Of a stretch of DNA of 64,000 nucleotides, positions 38,711 through 47,801 are shown piece by piece. Source of the stretch: an uncultured Acidobacteriota bacterium (lineage in GTDB: Bacteria > Acidobacteriota > Thermoanaerobaculia > UBA5066 > Gp7-AA6); NCBI GenBank assembly GCA_963764715.1, contig CAVXTP010000021.1, positions 256,001-320,000 of the forward strand, read 5' to 3'. A program made the translations under genes and the position numbers. Below the pieces are notes generated by a model, which saw only the letters and a program-made list of their open reading frames with translations, searched no databases and was not told the DNA's origin. The first letter of the stretch is position 1, and each line of letters starts with the position of its first letter.

Positions 38711-39696
38711 CTCGGCTTCTCCTCCGCCTCCCAGTGCTCCAGGAGCTCCTGCCCGACGGTCTTCGTGACGAAGATCTGCTTGAGGTAGTTGAGCGTCGTG
38801 ACCGCCAGGGGCACGCCGGCCGCGGAGAACGGCGCGCCGAAGGCCGCGAGCGCGAGGTGCCGGGCCTTCTCGGCGCCGGTGAACTCGGGATTGCGCAGGT
38901 CGAGCACGCTGCCGTAGTACCGGAAGACCATCCGGTAAACGTCCGAGAGGAGCGTCCGGAAGCCCATCTCGCTGCCCCAGACGAAGCAGGCCCCGCCCCG
39001 GATCTTCGCGAGGAAGTCGCGCACGCTCGAGGCCTCGGCGACGGTGTAGACGCGCGCGAGGGGACCCAGCGTGTGGGCGTCCGAGCCCGCGACGAGCGAG
39101 ACGGCGCCCCGTTTCTCGCGCACGACCGCCATGAGGTCTTCGACCAGGCGGTTGTGATGGGAGGTCATCGCGCCGTTCTTGACCTCGAAGACGTCGAACA
39201 TCCGGAGCATCTCCTCGAAGTAGCGCCGCGGGGAGTTGCGCATCCGGTAGTTCTGGAACATGTGGTTGGCCGACGCGATGATGTTCTCGGAACGGATGTA
39301 CTCGTGCAGGTCGTAGATGTTGCGGCGCCGCCGCGAGATCTCGGCGTGCTGGGCCTCGTCGATGTCGAAGACGTTGACGTGGATCCGCTGCCGGGTGTCG
39401 GGGAACCAGGTCTCGACCTCCTCGGAGATGAAGAAGTCCTCGAGGTCCGGCCGGCGGTCGAGCAGGGCCAGGCAGCCGTCGATCGAGTCGTGGTCGGTGA
39501 TGGTGACGTAGTCCATGCCCCGTTCCTTGGCGAGGCGATAGACCTCCTCGGGGCGGTTGTACGAGTCGCGGGTGTTCGCGATCCGGAAGTACTTGAAGGT
39601 CGAGTACACGGAGTGGCAGTGCAGGTCCGCCTTCTTGAACCGGGAATCGGCGAACCAGGCCGGCATTTCGAGCTCGACTTCGTTTCCGGACGACAC
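38707..39696 (-). CDS. PHP-domain metal-dependent phosphoesterase
   Basis: DLHCHS, ITDHD, H, NH, EVKNG and GSDAH metal ligands; GGAGG RBS before GTG 39696. Confidence 0.85.
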   Translation of the reverse strand: MSSGNEVELEMPAWFADSRFKKADLHCHSVYSTFKYFRIANTRDSYNRPEEVYRLAKERGMDYVTITDHDSIDGCLALLDRRPDLEDFFISEEVETWFPDTRQRIHVNVFDIDEAQHAEISRRRRNIYDLHEYIRSENIIASANHMFQNYRMRNSPRRYFEEMLRMFDVFEVKNGAMTSHHNRLVEDLMAVVREKRGAVSLVAGSDAHTLGPLARVYTVAEASSVRDFLAKIRGGACFVWGSEMGFRTLLSDVYRMVFRYYGSVLDLRNPEFTGAEKARHLALAAFGAPFSAAGVPLAVTTLNYLKQIFVTKTVGQELLEHWEAEEKPS

Positions 39697-39790
39697 GTCC
39701 GTGGACCTCCCGCGAAGGCCGGCTCCCCGGGGCCTGTCGCGGCCCGGCCGGCGTCGTCCCGAGGGTACCATCCCGTGTTAACTTCCCGCT

Positions 39791-40534
39791 GTGGCGAGGC
39801 TTTTCTTCCGCGTCCTGTACGGCGCCCTCCTGGCGGCCGTCTTCGTCGGCGCGGTCTGGTTCGGTTTCCGGCGGGCCATCGTGGGCCGTTCCGTCACGGT
39901 CCCCGACCTCTCGGGCAAGACCCCGGAGGAAGCCATCGGGATCGCGCGGCGGGTCGGGCTCCAGTTCGAGGAGCAGGGCGCCCGCGCTCGATACGACGAC
40001 CGCATCGCGGCCGGCCGCGTTCTCCTCCAGCAGCCCGAGGCGGGCTCGCTCGCCAAGCCCGCGCAGGTCGTGCGTGTCGTCCTGTCGCTCGGCCCCCGGG
40101 CCCTCCGCGTCCCGGACCTGACGGGCCTGGCCCCGCGGGCCGCGGCGTTGAAGCTCGCGCGCGAGTCCCTCGAGCTCGGGCCGGCTTCGTGGCTCCGGGA
40201 GCCGGCGGTCCCGGCGGGCATCCTCGCGCAGGACCCGGAGCCCGACACCGCCGCCTCCAAGGGCGAGGCCGTGCGCGTCCTGACCAACCGCGGCGCCCCG
40301 GAGAGCCGCATCGTGATGCCGGACCTCGTGGGCAAGGACGCGGAGGCGGTCCGGGCCCGGCTCGAGAAGTTCGGGTTCAAGGTTGGCAGCGCCCGGTTCG
40401 AGACCTACGAGGGCGTTCGCCCCAACACGATCCTGAAGCAGTTTCCCCCGGCGGGTTACCCGCTCTCGAGCCGCGAGGTCGTCTCCCTGACGGTCTCCCG
40501 TCCGCCCGACACGCCGGCGGCGCCCCGCTCATGA
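39791..40534 (+). CDS. PASTA-domain membrane protein
   Basis: N-terminal TM helix, then three VPDL/MPDL...Q.P..G repeats. Confidence 0.88.
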   Translation: MARLFFRVLYGALLAAVFVGAVWFGFRRAIVGRSVTVPDLSGKTPEEAIGIARRVGLQFEEQGARARYDDRIAAGRVLLQQPEAGSLAKPAQVVRVVLSLGPRALRVPDLTGLAPRAAALKLARESLELGPASWLREPAVPAGILAQDPEPDTAASKGEAVRVLTNRGAPESRIVMPDLVGKDAEAVRARLEKFGFKVGSARFETYEGVRPNTILKQFPPAGYPLSSREVVSLTVSRPPDTPAAPRS

Positions 40535-41202
40535 GGGTCTCGATCGCGCCGTCGCTTCTCTCGGCGGACTTCGCCCGCCTGGCGGACGCCCTGGCGGTCG
40601 CGGAGGAAGGCGGCGCGGACCTCGTGCACGTGGACGTCATGGACGGACATTTCGTGCCGAACCTGACGATCGGGCCGCCGGTCGTCCGGGCCCTCCGCAA
40701 GGCGACCCGGCTGCCCCTCGACGTCCACCTGATGATCGAGCGGCCGGAGGCGACGCTGCCGGCCTACCTCGACGCCGGCGCCAACTGGGTCTCGGTCCAC
40801 GTCGAGGCGACCGACCATCTCCAGCGCTGCCTCGACCTCGTCCGCCGCAGCGGGGCCAGGGCGGGCGCGGCGATCAACCCCGGAACGCCGACGCTCGCCC
40901 TCTCGGCCGCCTGGGCCGATCTCGACTATGCCGTCGTCATGTCGGTCAACCCCGGCTGGGGCGGACAGCCCTTCCTCGTTCCGTCCATCGAGAAGGTGCG
41001 CGCGGTCCATGCCGAGGCGCGCTCCGCGGGCTTCCGGCCACCGATCGAAGTCGACGGGGGAGTCGAGCCGGGCAACGCCGCTGCGCTCGTTTCCGCCGGC
41101 GCGGAAATACTGGTCGCCGGAAGCGCGATTTACGGAGCCGATGACCCCGCGCTCGCCATCGGCCGCCTCCGGGACGCCGCCCGTGCGACGGTCCGGGCCT
41201 GA
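40531..41202 (+). CDS. rpe: Ribulose-phosphate 3-epimerase
   Basis: IAPSLLSADF, HVDVMDGHFVPNLTIG, DVHLM, MSVNPG, VDGG, VAGSA. Confidence 0.96.
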   Translation: MRVSIAPSLLSADFARLADALAVAEEGGADLVHVDVMDGHFVPNLTIGPPVVRALRKATRLPLDVHLMIERPEATLPAYLDAGANWVSVHVEATDHLQRCLDLVRRSGARAGAAINPGTPTLALSAAWADLDYAVVMSVNPGWGGQPFLVPSIEKVRAVHAEARSAGFRPPIEVDGGVEPGNAAALVSAGAEILVAGSAIYGADDPALAIGRLRDAARATVRA

Positions 41203-41209
41203 GCGCGCC

Positions 41210-42070
41210 ATGCGATCGTTGAAGGACCGCGCCCTCCGGGCCTCGACCCTCGCCGTCCTGGGGCTCGTCCTCGCCTTCGTCCCGGGCTGCGCCTCCAAGA
41301 CCGGCACCGCCAAGACCGACAAGGTCACGCAGGAGCTCCTGACCCAGCCCAAGGAGGTTCTCTTCGAGAAGGGCAAGGACCTCCTGGCCAGGAAGAAGTA
41401 CGACCAGGCCCGCAAGTACCTCAACCACGTCTTCGAGACCTACCCGAACGAGCAGATGGGCCGGGAGGCCCTGTTGCTGGTGGCCGACTCGTACTTCGCC
41501 CAGAAGTCGACGACCGGCTACACCGAGGCGAGGTATCGGTATCGCGACTACCTCAACCGGTACCCCGGTGCGCCGCGGCGCGACTACGCCCGCTACCAGT
41601 TCGCCCTCTGCTACGACAAGGAGCACGAGAAGCCCGACCGGGACCAGACCGCGACCCGGGAAGCCATCGACCAGTACCGCTCGCTCATCCGAGAATTCCC
41701 CGACTCGGGCTACGCGGGGGCCGCCCGGGAGCGTGTGCGCCAGCTCACCGACCTCCTCGCCGAGCACGACTTCTCGATCGGCTACTTCTACCTGCGGAAA
41801 GGCTCGACCGCCGCCGCCCTGTCCCGCTTCACCACCCTCGAGGAGCGCTTCCCGGAGTACGGCGCCAAGGACAAGCTCTACTACTACGAGGGGATCGCCC
41901 TGACCCGGCTCGGCCGGAAGGACGAAGCGGGCCGGTACTTCCAGAAGGTGGTCCAGGACTACCCCAAGAGCGACTACGCGAAGAAGGCCCGCTCGAAAGC
42001 CGGCCCCCTGCCGGCTCCCACCCCCGCCCCCGAGGCCGCCGCGGTTGACACAAAGGCCGGAAACCAGTAA
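41210..42070 (+). CDS. bamD: Outer membrane protein assembly lipoprotein BamD
   Basis: Lipobox-like VPGC, TPR helices, PDRDQTAT and FPDSGYA motifs; follows rpe. Confidence 0.85.
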   Translation: MRSLKDRALRASTLAVLGLVLAFVPGCASKTGTAKTDKVTQELLTQPKEVLFEKGKDLLARKKYDQARKYLNHVFETYPNEQMGREALLLVADSYFAQKSTTGYTEARYRYRDYLNRYPGAPRRDYARYQFALCYDKEHEKPDRDQTATREAIDQYRSLIREFPDSGYAGAARERVRQLTDLLAEHDFSIGYFYLRKGSTAAALSRFTTLEERFPEYGAKDKLYYYEGIALTRLGRKDEAGRYFQKVVQDYPKSDYAKKARSKAGPLPAPTPAPEAAAVDTKAGNQ

Positions 42071-42073
42071 CTT
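42045..42073 (+). promoter_or_regulatory. Sigma70 promoter TTGACA-N17-TAACTT
   Basis: Perfect -35 box and 17-nt spacer inside the bamD 3' end; AAGGAG RBS before ATG 42118. Confidence 0.7.
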
Positions 42074-42117
42074 TTAGGCCATAAACCGCAGGTAGCCATA
42101 TTTTTTAAGGAGTCGCC

Positions 42118-43035
42118 ATGCGCCTCCCCGTTCGATTTGCCGGTCCCCTGGCATTTGGCATTCTGATCGTCAGCGTCGGGGTCGGGCAGGCGCAGCAGCC
42201 CGAGCTCCAGGGCGGCGGACTCCAGCAGGCACCTCCCCAGATCACCCGGGTCGAGGCCGCCACGGCGCCCCAGACGACCGAGGCGGCGCCGCAGCCCTTC
42301 GGCTTCGAGAGCGAAGTCTCCTGCTTCGGCTACATCGGGCCGGACAACGAGCATTTCATCGCCCAGATCGTCGGGGGCGAGAACAGCGCCGAGCAGACCG
42401 ACTTCACCGAGCACAACCTCCTCTACCTGGACGCGGGGTACGACCGGGGGTTGAAGGTCGGCGACGAGTTCTGGATCGTCACGCCGGGCGACGAGGTCCT
42501 GCACCCGATGACAGGCAAGAGCATGGGCCGCTTCAACCAGTACCGCGGAAGGGCCGTTCTCACCTGTCTCGAGGGGAGAACCGCCGTCGTCGAGGTCACG
42601 CTCGCGTGCACGGACATCCCGGACGGCTCCTTCCTCAAGCCGTATGAGCCCGTCCCGATCCCCCTCGGCCGCCGCCAGCCCACGTGCAAGATGTGCGATC
42701 CGTCCACCGGAAAGGCGACGGGCCGCATCGTGTATGCGCGCGACGGCGTCGTCGCGCTCGGCGGCGACAGCAACGTCTTCATCGACCTGGGGATCGCCGA
42801 CGGCATCCAGCCGGGCGACCAGTTCTCGATCTACCGCTATGCGACCGGGACCGACTACGGCATCCGGCCGCAGGGCTCCTACTGGGTTTATGCGCCGCCT
42901 CCCCCGGGGGTCGAGATCCCGCGCACGTACCTCGGCGACCTGGCCGTCCTTTACGTCGGCGACCGCTGGGCGATGGCCCGGATCATCGATGCGCGCCGTT
43001 TGATCGAGGTCGGGGACCAGGTCGAGCTGAAGTAG
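42118..43035 (+). CDS. Secreted hypothetical protein with two repeated beta domains (FlgT-C/TsaP-C-like)
   Basis: Signal peptide; YLDAG..RGLKVGDEF and FIDLG..DGIQPGDQF repeats; strong RBS. Confidence 0.75.
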   Translation: MRLPVRFAGPLAFGILIVSVGVGQAQQPELQGGGLQQAPPQITRVEAATAPQTTEAAPQPFGFESEVSCFGYIGPDNEHFIAQIVGGENSAEQTDFTEHNLLYLDAGYDRGLKVGDEFWIVTPGDEVLHPMTGKSMGRFNQYRGRAVLTCLEGRTAVVEVTLACTDIPDGSFLKPYEPVPIPLGRRQPTCKMCDPSTGKATGRIVYARDGVVALGGDSNVFIDLGIADGIQPGDQFSIYRYATGTDYGIRPQGSYWVYAPPPPGVEIPRTYLGDLAVLYVGDRWAMARIIDARRLIEVGDQVELK

Positions 43036-43060
43036 ACCCGAAACCTCCGGAACGAATTCA

Positions 43061-43090
43061 GAAGAGGCGCCCGGCGCCTCTTCTTTTTTT
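43061..43090 (+). terminator. Intrinsic terminator
   Basis: GAAGAGGCGC-CCG-GCGCCTCTTC followed by T7. Confidence 0.9.
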
Positions 43091-43284
43091 AGGTTCGCGG
43101 AGCCCCCGACCGAATGCGCGAGGGGCTCGAAGACGACAAAATGTGGCTGGCACAGAAACGCTTCGACCTCGCGAGGCGCGACGGCCCCGCGACGCGGACC
43201 CGCGCACTACCCCTTCGGATTTTCCTTTGCTAAGATGCGCCCCTCTTCAATGTTTCGCAGTTGAATTCGTCGGGGAGGGGCAGC

Positions 43285-43539
43285 GTGAATCTGGACGGGC
43301 AGCTCCAGGAAATCATCGATGAGCTTCTGACCCACGGCATTTCCCTCGAGCTCGCCAAGAAGGAGTTCGAGAAGAAATACATCGTGGGCGCCGTGAAGCG
43401 GAACTCCGGAAATCTGGGGCGTGCGGCGAGCTCCCTCGGCATTCATCGCAACACGCTGCGCAACAAAGTGGGCATTCTGAACATCCGCCTGCCGCGCGAG
43501 AAGTTCCGCGTGGCTCCCGAGATCACCAAGAAGAAGTGA
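43285..43539 (+). CDS. Fis-like helix-turn-helix protein
   Basis: FEKKYI...NSGNLGRAASSLGIHRNTLRNK; GGAG RBS before GTG. Confidence 0.85.
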   Translation: MNLDGQLQEIIDELLTHGISLELAKKEFEKKYIVGAVKRNSGNLGRAASSLGIHRNTLRNKVGILNIRLPREKFRVAPEITKKK

Positions 43540-45319
43540 CGCGCGCTCCGCGCGTCGACGGCGCCGGCGTGGGCGTCGGCGCGGCGGACGGGGTCCCGAT
43601 CGGCGTGGTCGCGACCGTCTCCGGCGGGGCCGCCGCGGCGTCCGGGCCCGAAAGCTGGAGCACGACGAACCCGTTCTTGTAAATGTTGGGGCTCGTGGCG
43701 CTCGGCCGGGAGTACGGCATCTCGGGATAGCTGTTGGGCGCCCCTCCCGTGACGTGCCCGACCGAATCGGCCCGCGGATTCGCCGCCTGCGACATCGGGA
43801 AGGCGACGGTCGGCGACGCCGCGTCGTACGTTCCGGTCGCCACGGGCGGTCCCAGGTAGTTGTAGATCGACCGGATCTCGTACTTCGCGCCCGGGGCGAT
43901 CCCGCAGGCCGCGATGTTGACGTTCACGGAAGCGGCATCGAGGAAATTGGCGACGTAAACGTTGCAGCGGCCCGGGCGAACGGGCGAGGGGAGCACGGAC
44001 GAGTAGTTCTGTTTCGGCGTCGAGTCGTTGGGAAGGTACGTGAAGCCGGGGAACCATCTGGACTTGAAGCCGTTCCCGTTGTCCGCGTCCTTGCCGCCGT
44101 CCTCGACGAGGTCCGGGTTGCCCCAGTAGACGTTTCCTCCGCCATCCCGGATGCCGGCGCGGCACGGGTTGACGTGAGTGTTTCGTTTCTGCCCGACGTA
44201 CAGCGCCTGCCGGTTCGCGTAGTAGCGATCGCCCTCCGAGTACATCGACCGGAACATGAAGTTCCCGGTCAGCGTGACGTCGTCGCATCCGGCCGCGAAG
44301 TAACCGGGAACGTAACTCGACCACCAGTTGTTGACGAGCGTCTGATTGCGTGTGCCCTGCGTGAAGTCGTTGGTTCTCGAACACCCGCCGGAGACCGTCG
44401 ACCCCAGGAACAGGTTCCCCTCGAAACGCTCGTTGCGGTGCATGACGTCGCAGTCGCAGCTGCCGTAGTCCTGGTAGGCCATCGACGCGTTCGACTCGCC
44501 GGGCACGACGATCGTGGTGCCGATGATGTTGTTGATCATCGAGAAGAGGCCGGGATTCTCGTCCGGGTCGGGACAGGCCTTCGTCGCGCCGTTGCGAAGG
44601 TAGTAGGCGTGCCCGCCCATCCGGTGGATCGCCGGAGGACCCGTCACGTTGTATCGCATGTTCCAGTTGTAATGGATCATGTCGATCGCGGCGAGAGGGT
44701 TCGCCTTCGAATGTTTGAAGAAGTTGTCCGCGGTGTCGTGGATGACCCAGCCGATCATTCGATTTCCCTGGCCGTACGACTTGCCCTTGCCCGCGTTGAC
44801 GCGCACGCCCGTCCCGAATCCCTGCGAGTCCCACTGCGACGCGACGGCGTCGCGGTTGACGTCGCCGAAGTACGCGAGCTCGATGTCCCAGTAGTCGACG
44901 TAGTTGCTGTTGACGGAGAAGCAGTCGACGGGCGGGTTCTGGACTCCCTGATCGCAGGCGATCCGGATCAGGCTCGTCGGCGTGGTCTGGTCGGGCGGAT
45001 ACGGACGGATCGTGATCGGCGCGGACGCCGTGCCCATGAGGGTCGACTTCAGCGAGACGTACTTTCCGTTGTCGATCGGAAGCGTGTAGTTCGTCCCGAG
45101 CCGCAGGTAGATCGTGTCGCCCGGTTTCACCTGGGTGCCGCCGGACCCGCCGTCCAGCAGGAAGTCGAGCGAGCACGGAGCCGCCAGCGTGCACTTCCGG
45201 CCCGAGCCCGTCGCGGAGCCGTACCAGGTCGCGGCCGACAGCCGGGCGCCGAGGCCGAAGAAAACTACCGCGGCGGCGATCCGGAGGGTGTGTCTCACGG
45301 CATCGAGGGGAAGGCTCAC
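43523..45319 (-). CDS. Secreted Cys-rich hypothetical protein, probable right-handed beta-helix
   Basis: Signal peptide; ATWYGSATGSG...PC...PGDTIYLR.G N-terminus typical of pectin-lyase-like folds; Asn-rich repeats; Pro/Thr tail. Confidence 0.7.
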   Translation of the reverse strand: MSLPLDAVRHTLRIAAAVVFFGLGARLSAATWYGSATGSGRKCTLAAPCSLDFLLDGGSGGTQVKPGDTIYLRLGTNYTLPIDNGKYVSLKSTLMGTASAPITIRPYPPDQTTPTSLIRIACDQGVQNPPVDCFSVNSNYVDYWDIELAYFGDVNRDAVASQWDSQGFGTGVRVNAGKGKSYGQGNRMIGWVIHDTADNFFKHSKANPLAAIDMIHYNWNMRYNVTGPPAIHRMGGHAYYLRNGATKACPDPDENPGLFSMINNIIGTTIVVPGESNASMAYQDYGSCDCDVMHRNERFEGNLFLGSTVSGGCSRTNDFTQGTRNQTLVNNWWSSYVPGYFAAGCDDVTLTGNFMFRSMYSEGDRYYANRQALYVGQKRNTHVNPCRAGIRDGGGNVYWGNPDLVEDGGKDADNGNGFKSRWFPGFTYLPNDSTPKQNYSSVLPSPVRPGRCNVYVANFLDAASVNVNIAACGIAPGAKYEIRSIYNYLGPPVATGTYDAASPTVAFPMSQAANPRADSVGHVTGGAPNSYPEMPYSRPSATSPNIYKNGFVVLQLSGPDAAAAPPETVATTPIGTPSAAPTPTPAPSTRGARVTSSW

Positions 45320-45359
45320 GGCCGGGCGGTCGAGGGACAGGATCGGCCGGTCCGGCGAT

Positions 45360-45533
45360 CTAGGCCTTCGGCTTCTTGTCCGCCGGGGAATCCGGGTTCT
45401 TGACCGAGTCCTTGAAGTTGCGGATGCCTTCGCCGAGGCCCTTGCCGAGCTGGGGAAGCTTCGAAGCCCCGAAGATGACGATGACGATGAGCAGGATGAT
45501 CAGCAGCTCCGGGACTCCGAGGGATCCGAACAT
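45360..45533 (-). CDS. tatA: Twin-arginine translocase TatA/E subunit (not in the supplied ORF track)
   Basis: MFGSLGVPELLIILLIVIVIFGASKLPQLGKGLGEGIRNFKDSV...; AAGGAG RBS. Confidence 0.93.
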   Translation of the reverse strand: MFGSLGVPELLIILLIVIVIFGASKLPQLGKGLGEGIRNFKDSVKNPDSPADKKPKA

Positions 45534-45581
45534 CGTGTTCTCCTTCGAGCGCCGCGCCGGGACCGGGGGCTCTCGAACAGC

Positions 45582-46550
45582 TTAACAGACCGCGCCGCAG
45601 CGGTCTTCCAGCACCCGGCGGAAACGGCGGTCGGCCTCGGAGCCCGAGAGCAGCCGCCGGACGAGCTCAAGCTCCCGGGGAAGGTACGGCCGGTAGAGCT
45701 CGGCCCCGCGCTCCGCGATGGCTCGCGCGAAGGTGCCGCAGACCTTCCAGGCCCGCTGGAGCAGGACGCGGTCGAGGCGCGCGGCGAAGGGGGACGGGTC
45801 GAGGCCCCGCCGCTCGGTGAAGCGGCCGATCGCCGGCGCGGCCGCGGTGTCCGACATCCAGGACAGGGTGGTCCGCTCCCAGAGGAGGGAGGCGAGATCG
45901 TACGAGTCGGGGCCCCGTCGCAGGTCCTGGAAGTCGATGACCGCGACCTCGCCCCCGGCGGGGAAGAGGTTGTTGGCGTGGAAGTCCCGGTGGCAGAGGG
46001 CGAAGGGGTGCTCGAGGATCTCGTCGACGAGCGCCGCGGCCCAGGCGTCGTGCGCGGCGCGGTCGTCCGCGGAGAGCGGTTCGCGCAGATAGAGCTCGAA
46101 GACGGCCTGCCGGGCGAGGTCGAGCTCGCGGCGGAAGAGGACGGCGTCGAAGGGCGGATTGAGGCCGGGATCCTGGAGCGCCGCGATCGACGCCGCGGTC
46201 TCGGCCGCGCGCACGAGCCAGGCCTCGCGCGATTCGGGCGACGCGGCGAAACGCTCGGCGAGGTCCTCCGTGCCGAAATCCTCGACGAGCTGATGGCCCT
46301 GGCCGTCGTCGGCGAGCAGCGCCGGCACGCGGACCGCGCCCTCGAGGTGCCGGCGCGCCGCGACCCAGCGTCGTCGGGAGTCTTCCTCCTCCCGCGGGTA
46401 GAGGACGCCGACGACGGAGCGGCCGCCGGGCGTGCGGATGCGGAAGTAACGCCGCCTCCCGACGTCGCCGACGAGCGGCTCGACTTCGAACGGCGCCGGA
46501 AGCGTCCGGCGCGCGAGCGTCTCGAGTCCGGCGGCGTCGGGAGGAAACAG
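45582..46550 (-). CDS. APH-family phosphotransferase, AmgK-like (anomeric MurNAc/GlcNAc kinase)
   Basis: PLVGDVGRRRYFR, LVEDFG, CHRDFHANNL, IDFQD...GP..YDLASLL, LQR..KV.G.FAR. The frame extends about 75 codons upstream of the track start; CTG 46550 is a possible start. Confidence 0.75.
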   Translation of the reverse strand: MFPPDAAGLETLARRTLPAPFEVEPLVGDVGRRRYFRIRTPGGRSVVGVLYPREEEDSRRRWVAARRHLEGAVRVPALLADDGQGHQLVEDFGTEDLAERFAASPESREAWLVRAAETAASIAALQDPGLNPPFDAVLFRRELDLARQAVFELYLREPLSADDRAAHDAWAAALVDEILEHPFALCHRDFHANNLFPAGGEVAVIDFQDLRRGPDSYDLASLLWERTTLSWMSDTAAAPAIGRFTERRGLDPSPFAARLDRVLLQRAWKVCGTFARAIAERGAELYRPYLPRELELVRRLLSGSEADRRFRRVLEDRCGAVC

Positions 46551-46555
46551 AGAAG

Positions 46556-47161
46556 CTAGCTCGAGCTCTTCGCCTGCGAGAGCAGCACCTTCTTGATGTG
46601 GATCGGCTGGTTGGGCCGGTCGTTGGCTCCGCGCGGGGCCGCCGCGATCTTGTCGGCCGTCTCCATGCCCGAGATCACCTCGCCGAAGGCCGAGTACTGC
46701 CCGTCGAGGAAGGTCGAATCCTTGACGACGATGAAGAACTGGGAGGAGGCCGAGTTGGGGTCCGAGGACCGGGCCATCGACACGATGCCGCGCTTGTGCG
46801 AAGTGTCGTTGAACTCCGCCTTGACGCGGTTATTTCCGTTGCCGCCCGTGCCCCACGGGTGGGCGGGGTCCTCGGCCTTCTTCGTGTTCGGGTCGCCGCC
46901 CTGGATCATGAATCCGGGGATGACGCGGTGAAAGAGGGTCCCGTCGTAGAACCCCGACGCGGCCAGGTCGACGAAGTTCTCGACGTGCTTGGGGGCCTTG
47001 TCGTAGAAGAACTTGATCTGGATGTCCCCCATGTCCGTCTGCAGCGTGGCGATCGTGTTGGCGTAGTCGCGGGCCACTTTCTTCCCCTTTCCCTTCGCCT
47101 GGGCGGCCGCCAGAGGAAGGGCGCAGGCGAGCAACAGAGCGATGGCGGTGCGTGTTTTCAC
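46556..47161 (-). CDS. Secreted cyclophilin-type peptidyl-prolyl isomerase
   Basis: Signal peptide, FYDGTLFHRVIPGFMIQGGDP, SMAR...NSASSQFFI; AAGGAG RBS before GTG. Confidence 0.93.
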   Translation of the reverse strand: MKTRTAIALLLACALPLAAAQAKGKGKKVARDYANTIATLQTDMGDIQIKFFYDKAPKHVENFVDLAASGFYDGTLFHRVIPGFMIQGGDPNTKKAEDPAHPWGTGGNGNNRVKAEFNDTSHKRGIVSMARSSDPNSASSQFFIVVKDSTFLDGQYSAFGEVISGMETADKIAAAPRGANDRPNQPIHIKKVLLSQAKSSS

Positions 47162-47270
47162 TTCGACTCCTTTCCGAACCGGCGAAACATAGCAGAACCG
47201 GACGGCAGACGGCAGGAGGCAGGAGGAGGGGGCAGGCGGCGTCAGGGGTGAAAGCGGTAGGATCCTACGC

Positions 47271-47801
47271 ATGTACGCGGCCCTCGCGCGCGCGGTGCTC
47301 GACGAGGCCGGCGCCCGGCGCGCGGCCTCCGAAGTCGAGCGCCTCCGCACCCGCCATCCGCGGGCCTCGAAGGACGAGCTGGCCGAGCGGTTGATCCGCC
47401 GGGCCGCCCTCCAGTGCGCCGCCGCCGGGGCGTTGCTGACGGGGCCGGCGGCGTTCTTCGGGTCGATGCCGTTCGGCGCCGACCTGGCCTGGCAGGTGGT
47501 GGCGCTCAACCGGCTCGTGCTGGGATTGTCCGCCGTCTACGGCCGGACGCCCTCCGCTTCGGACCGGGCCGCCGGCGTGGCGGCGGCGGCGGGGGCCGGG
47601 CTCGGGTCCGAGCTGTTGCGCCAGGGGCTGGTGCGCGTCCTGCGCCGGGCGGCGCCGCGGCGTTCGGCGGCGCGGACGGGGCTCGGCGCCCTCGCCGGGG
47701 GCGTCCTCGGCTACGGCGCGGCCTTCGCGATCGGGCGCTATGCGAAGCAGGCCCTCCGAAGCGGCCGTCTCCTGGCGCCCGTCCGCCGGGCCCTCCGATG
47801 A
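47271..47801 (+). CDS. Hypothetical protein (EcsC-like)
   Basis: LAERLIRR...AAGALLTG.....ADL pattern; ATGA-coupled to the next gene. Confidence 0.6.
   Translation: MYAALARAVLDEAGARRAASEVERLRTRHPRASKDELAERLIRRAALQCAAAGALLTGPAAFFGSMPFGADLAWQVVALNRLVLGLSAVYGRTPSASDRAAGVAAAAGAGLGSELLRQGLVRVLRRAAPRRSAARTGLGALAGGVLGYGAAFAIGRYAKQALRSGRLLAPVRRALR

Noticed and set aside
43148-43162. TGGCAC...GC sigma54-like site upstream of the Fis-like gene
   Set aside because: GG-to-GC spacing is 9 nt, not the required 10.
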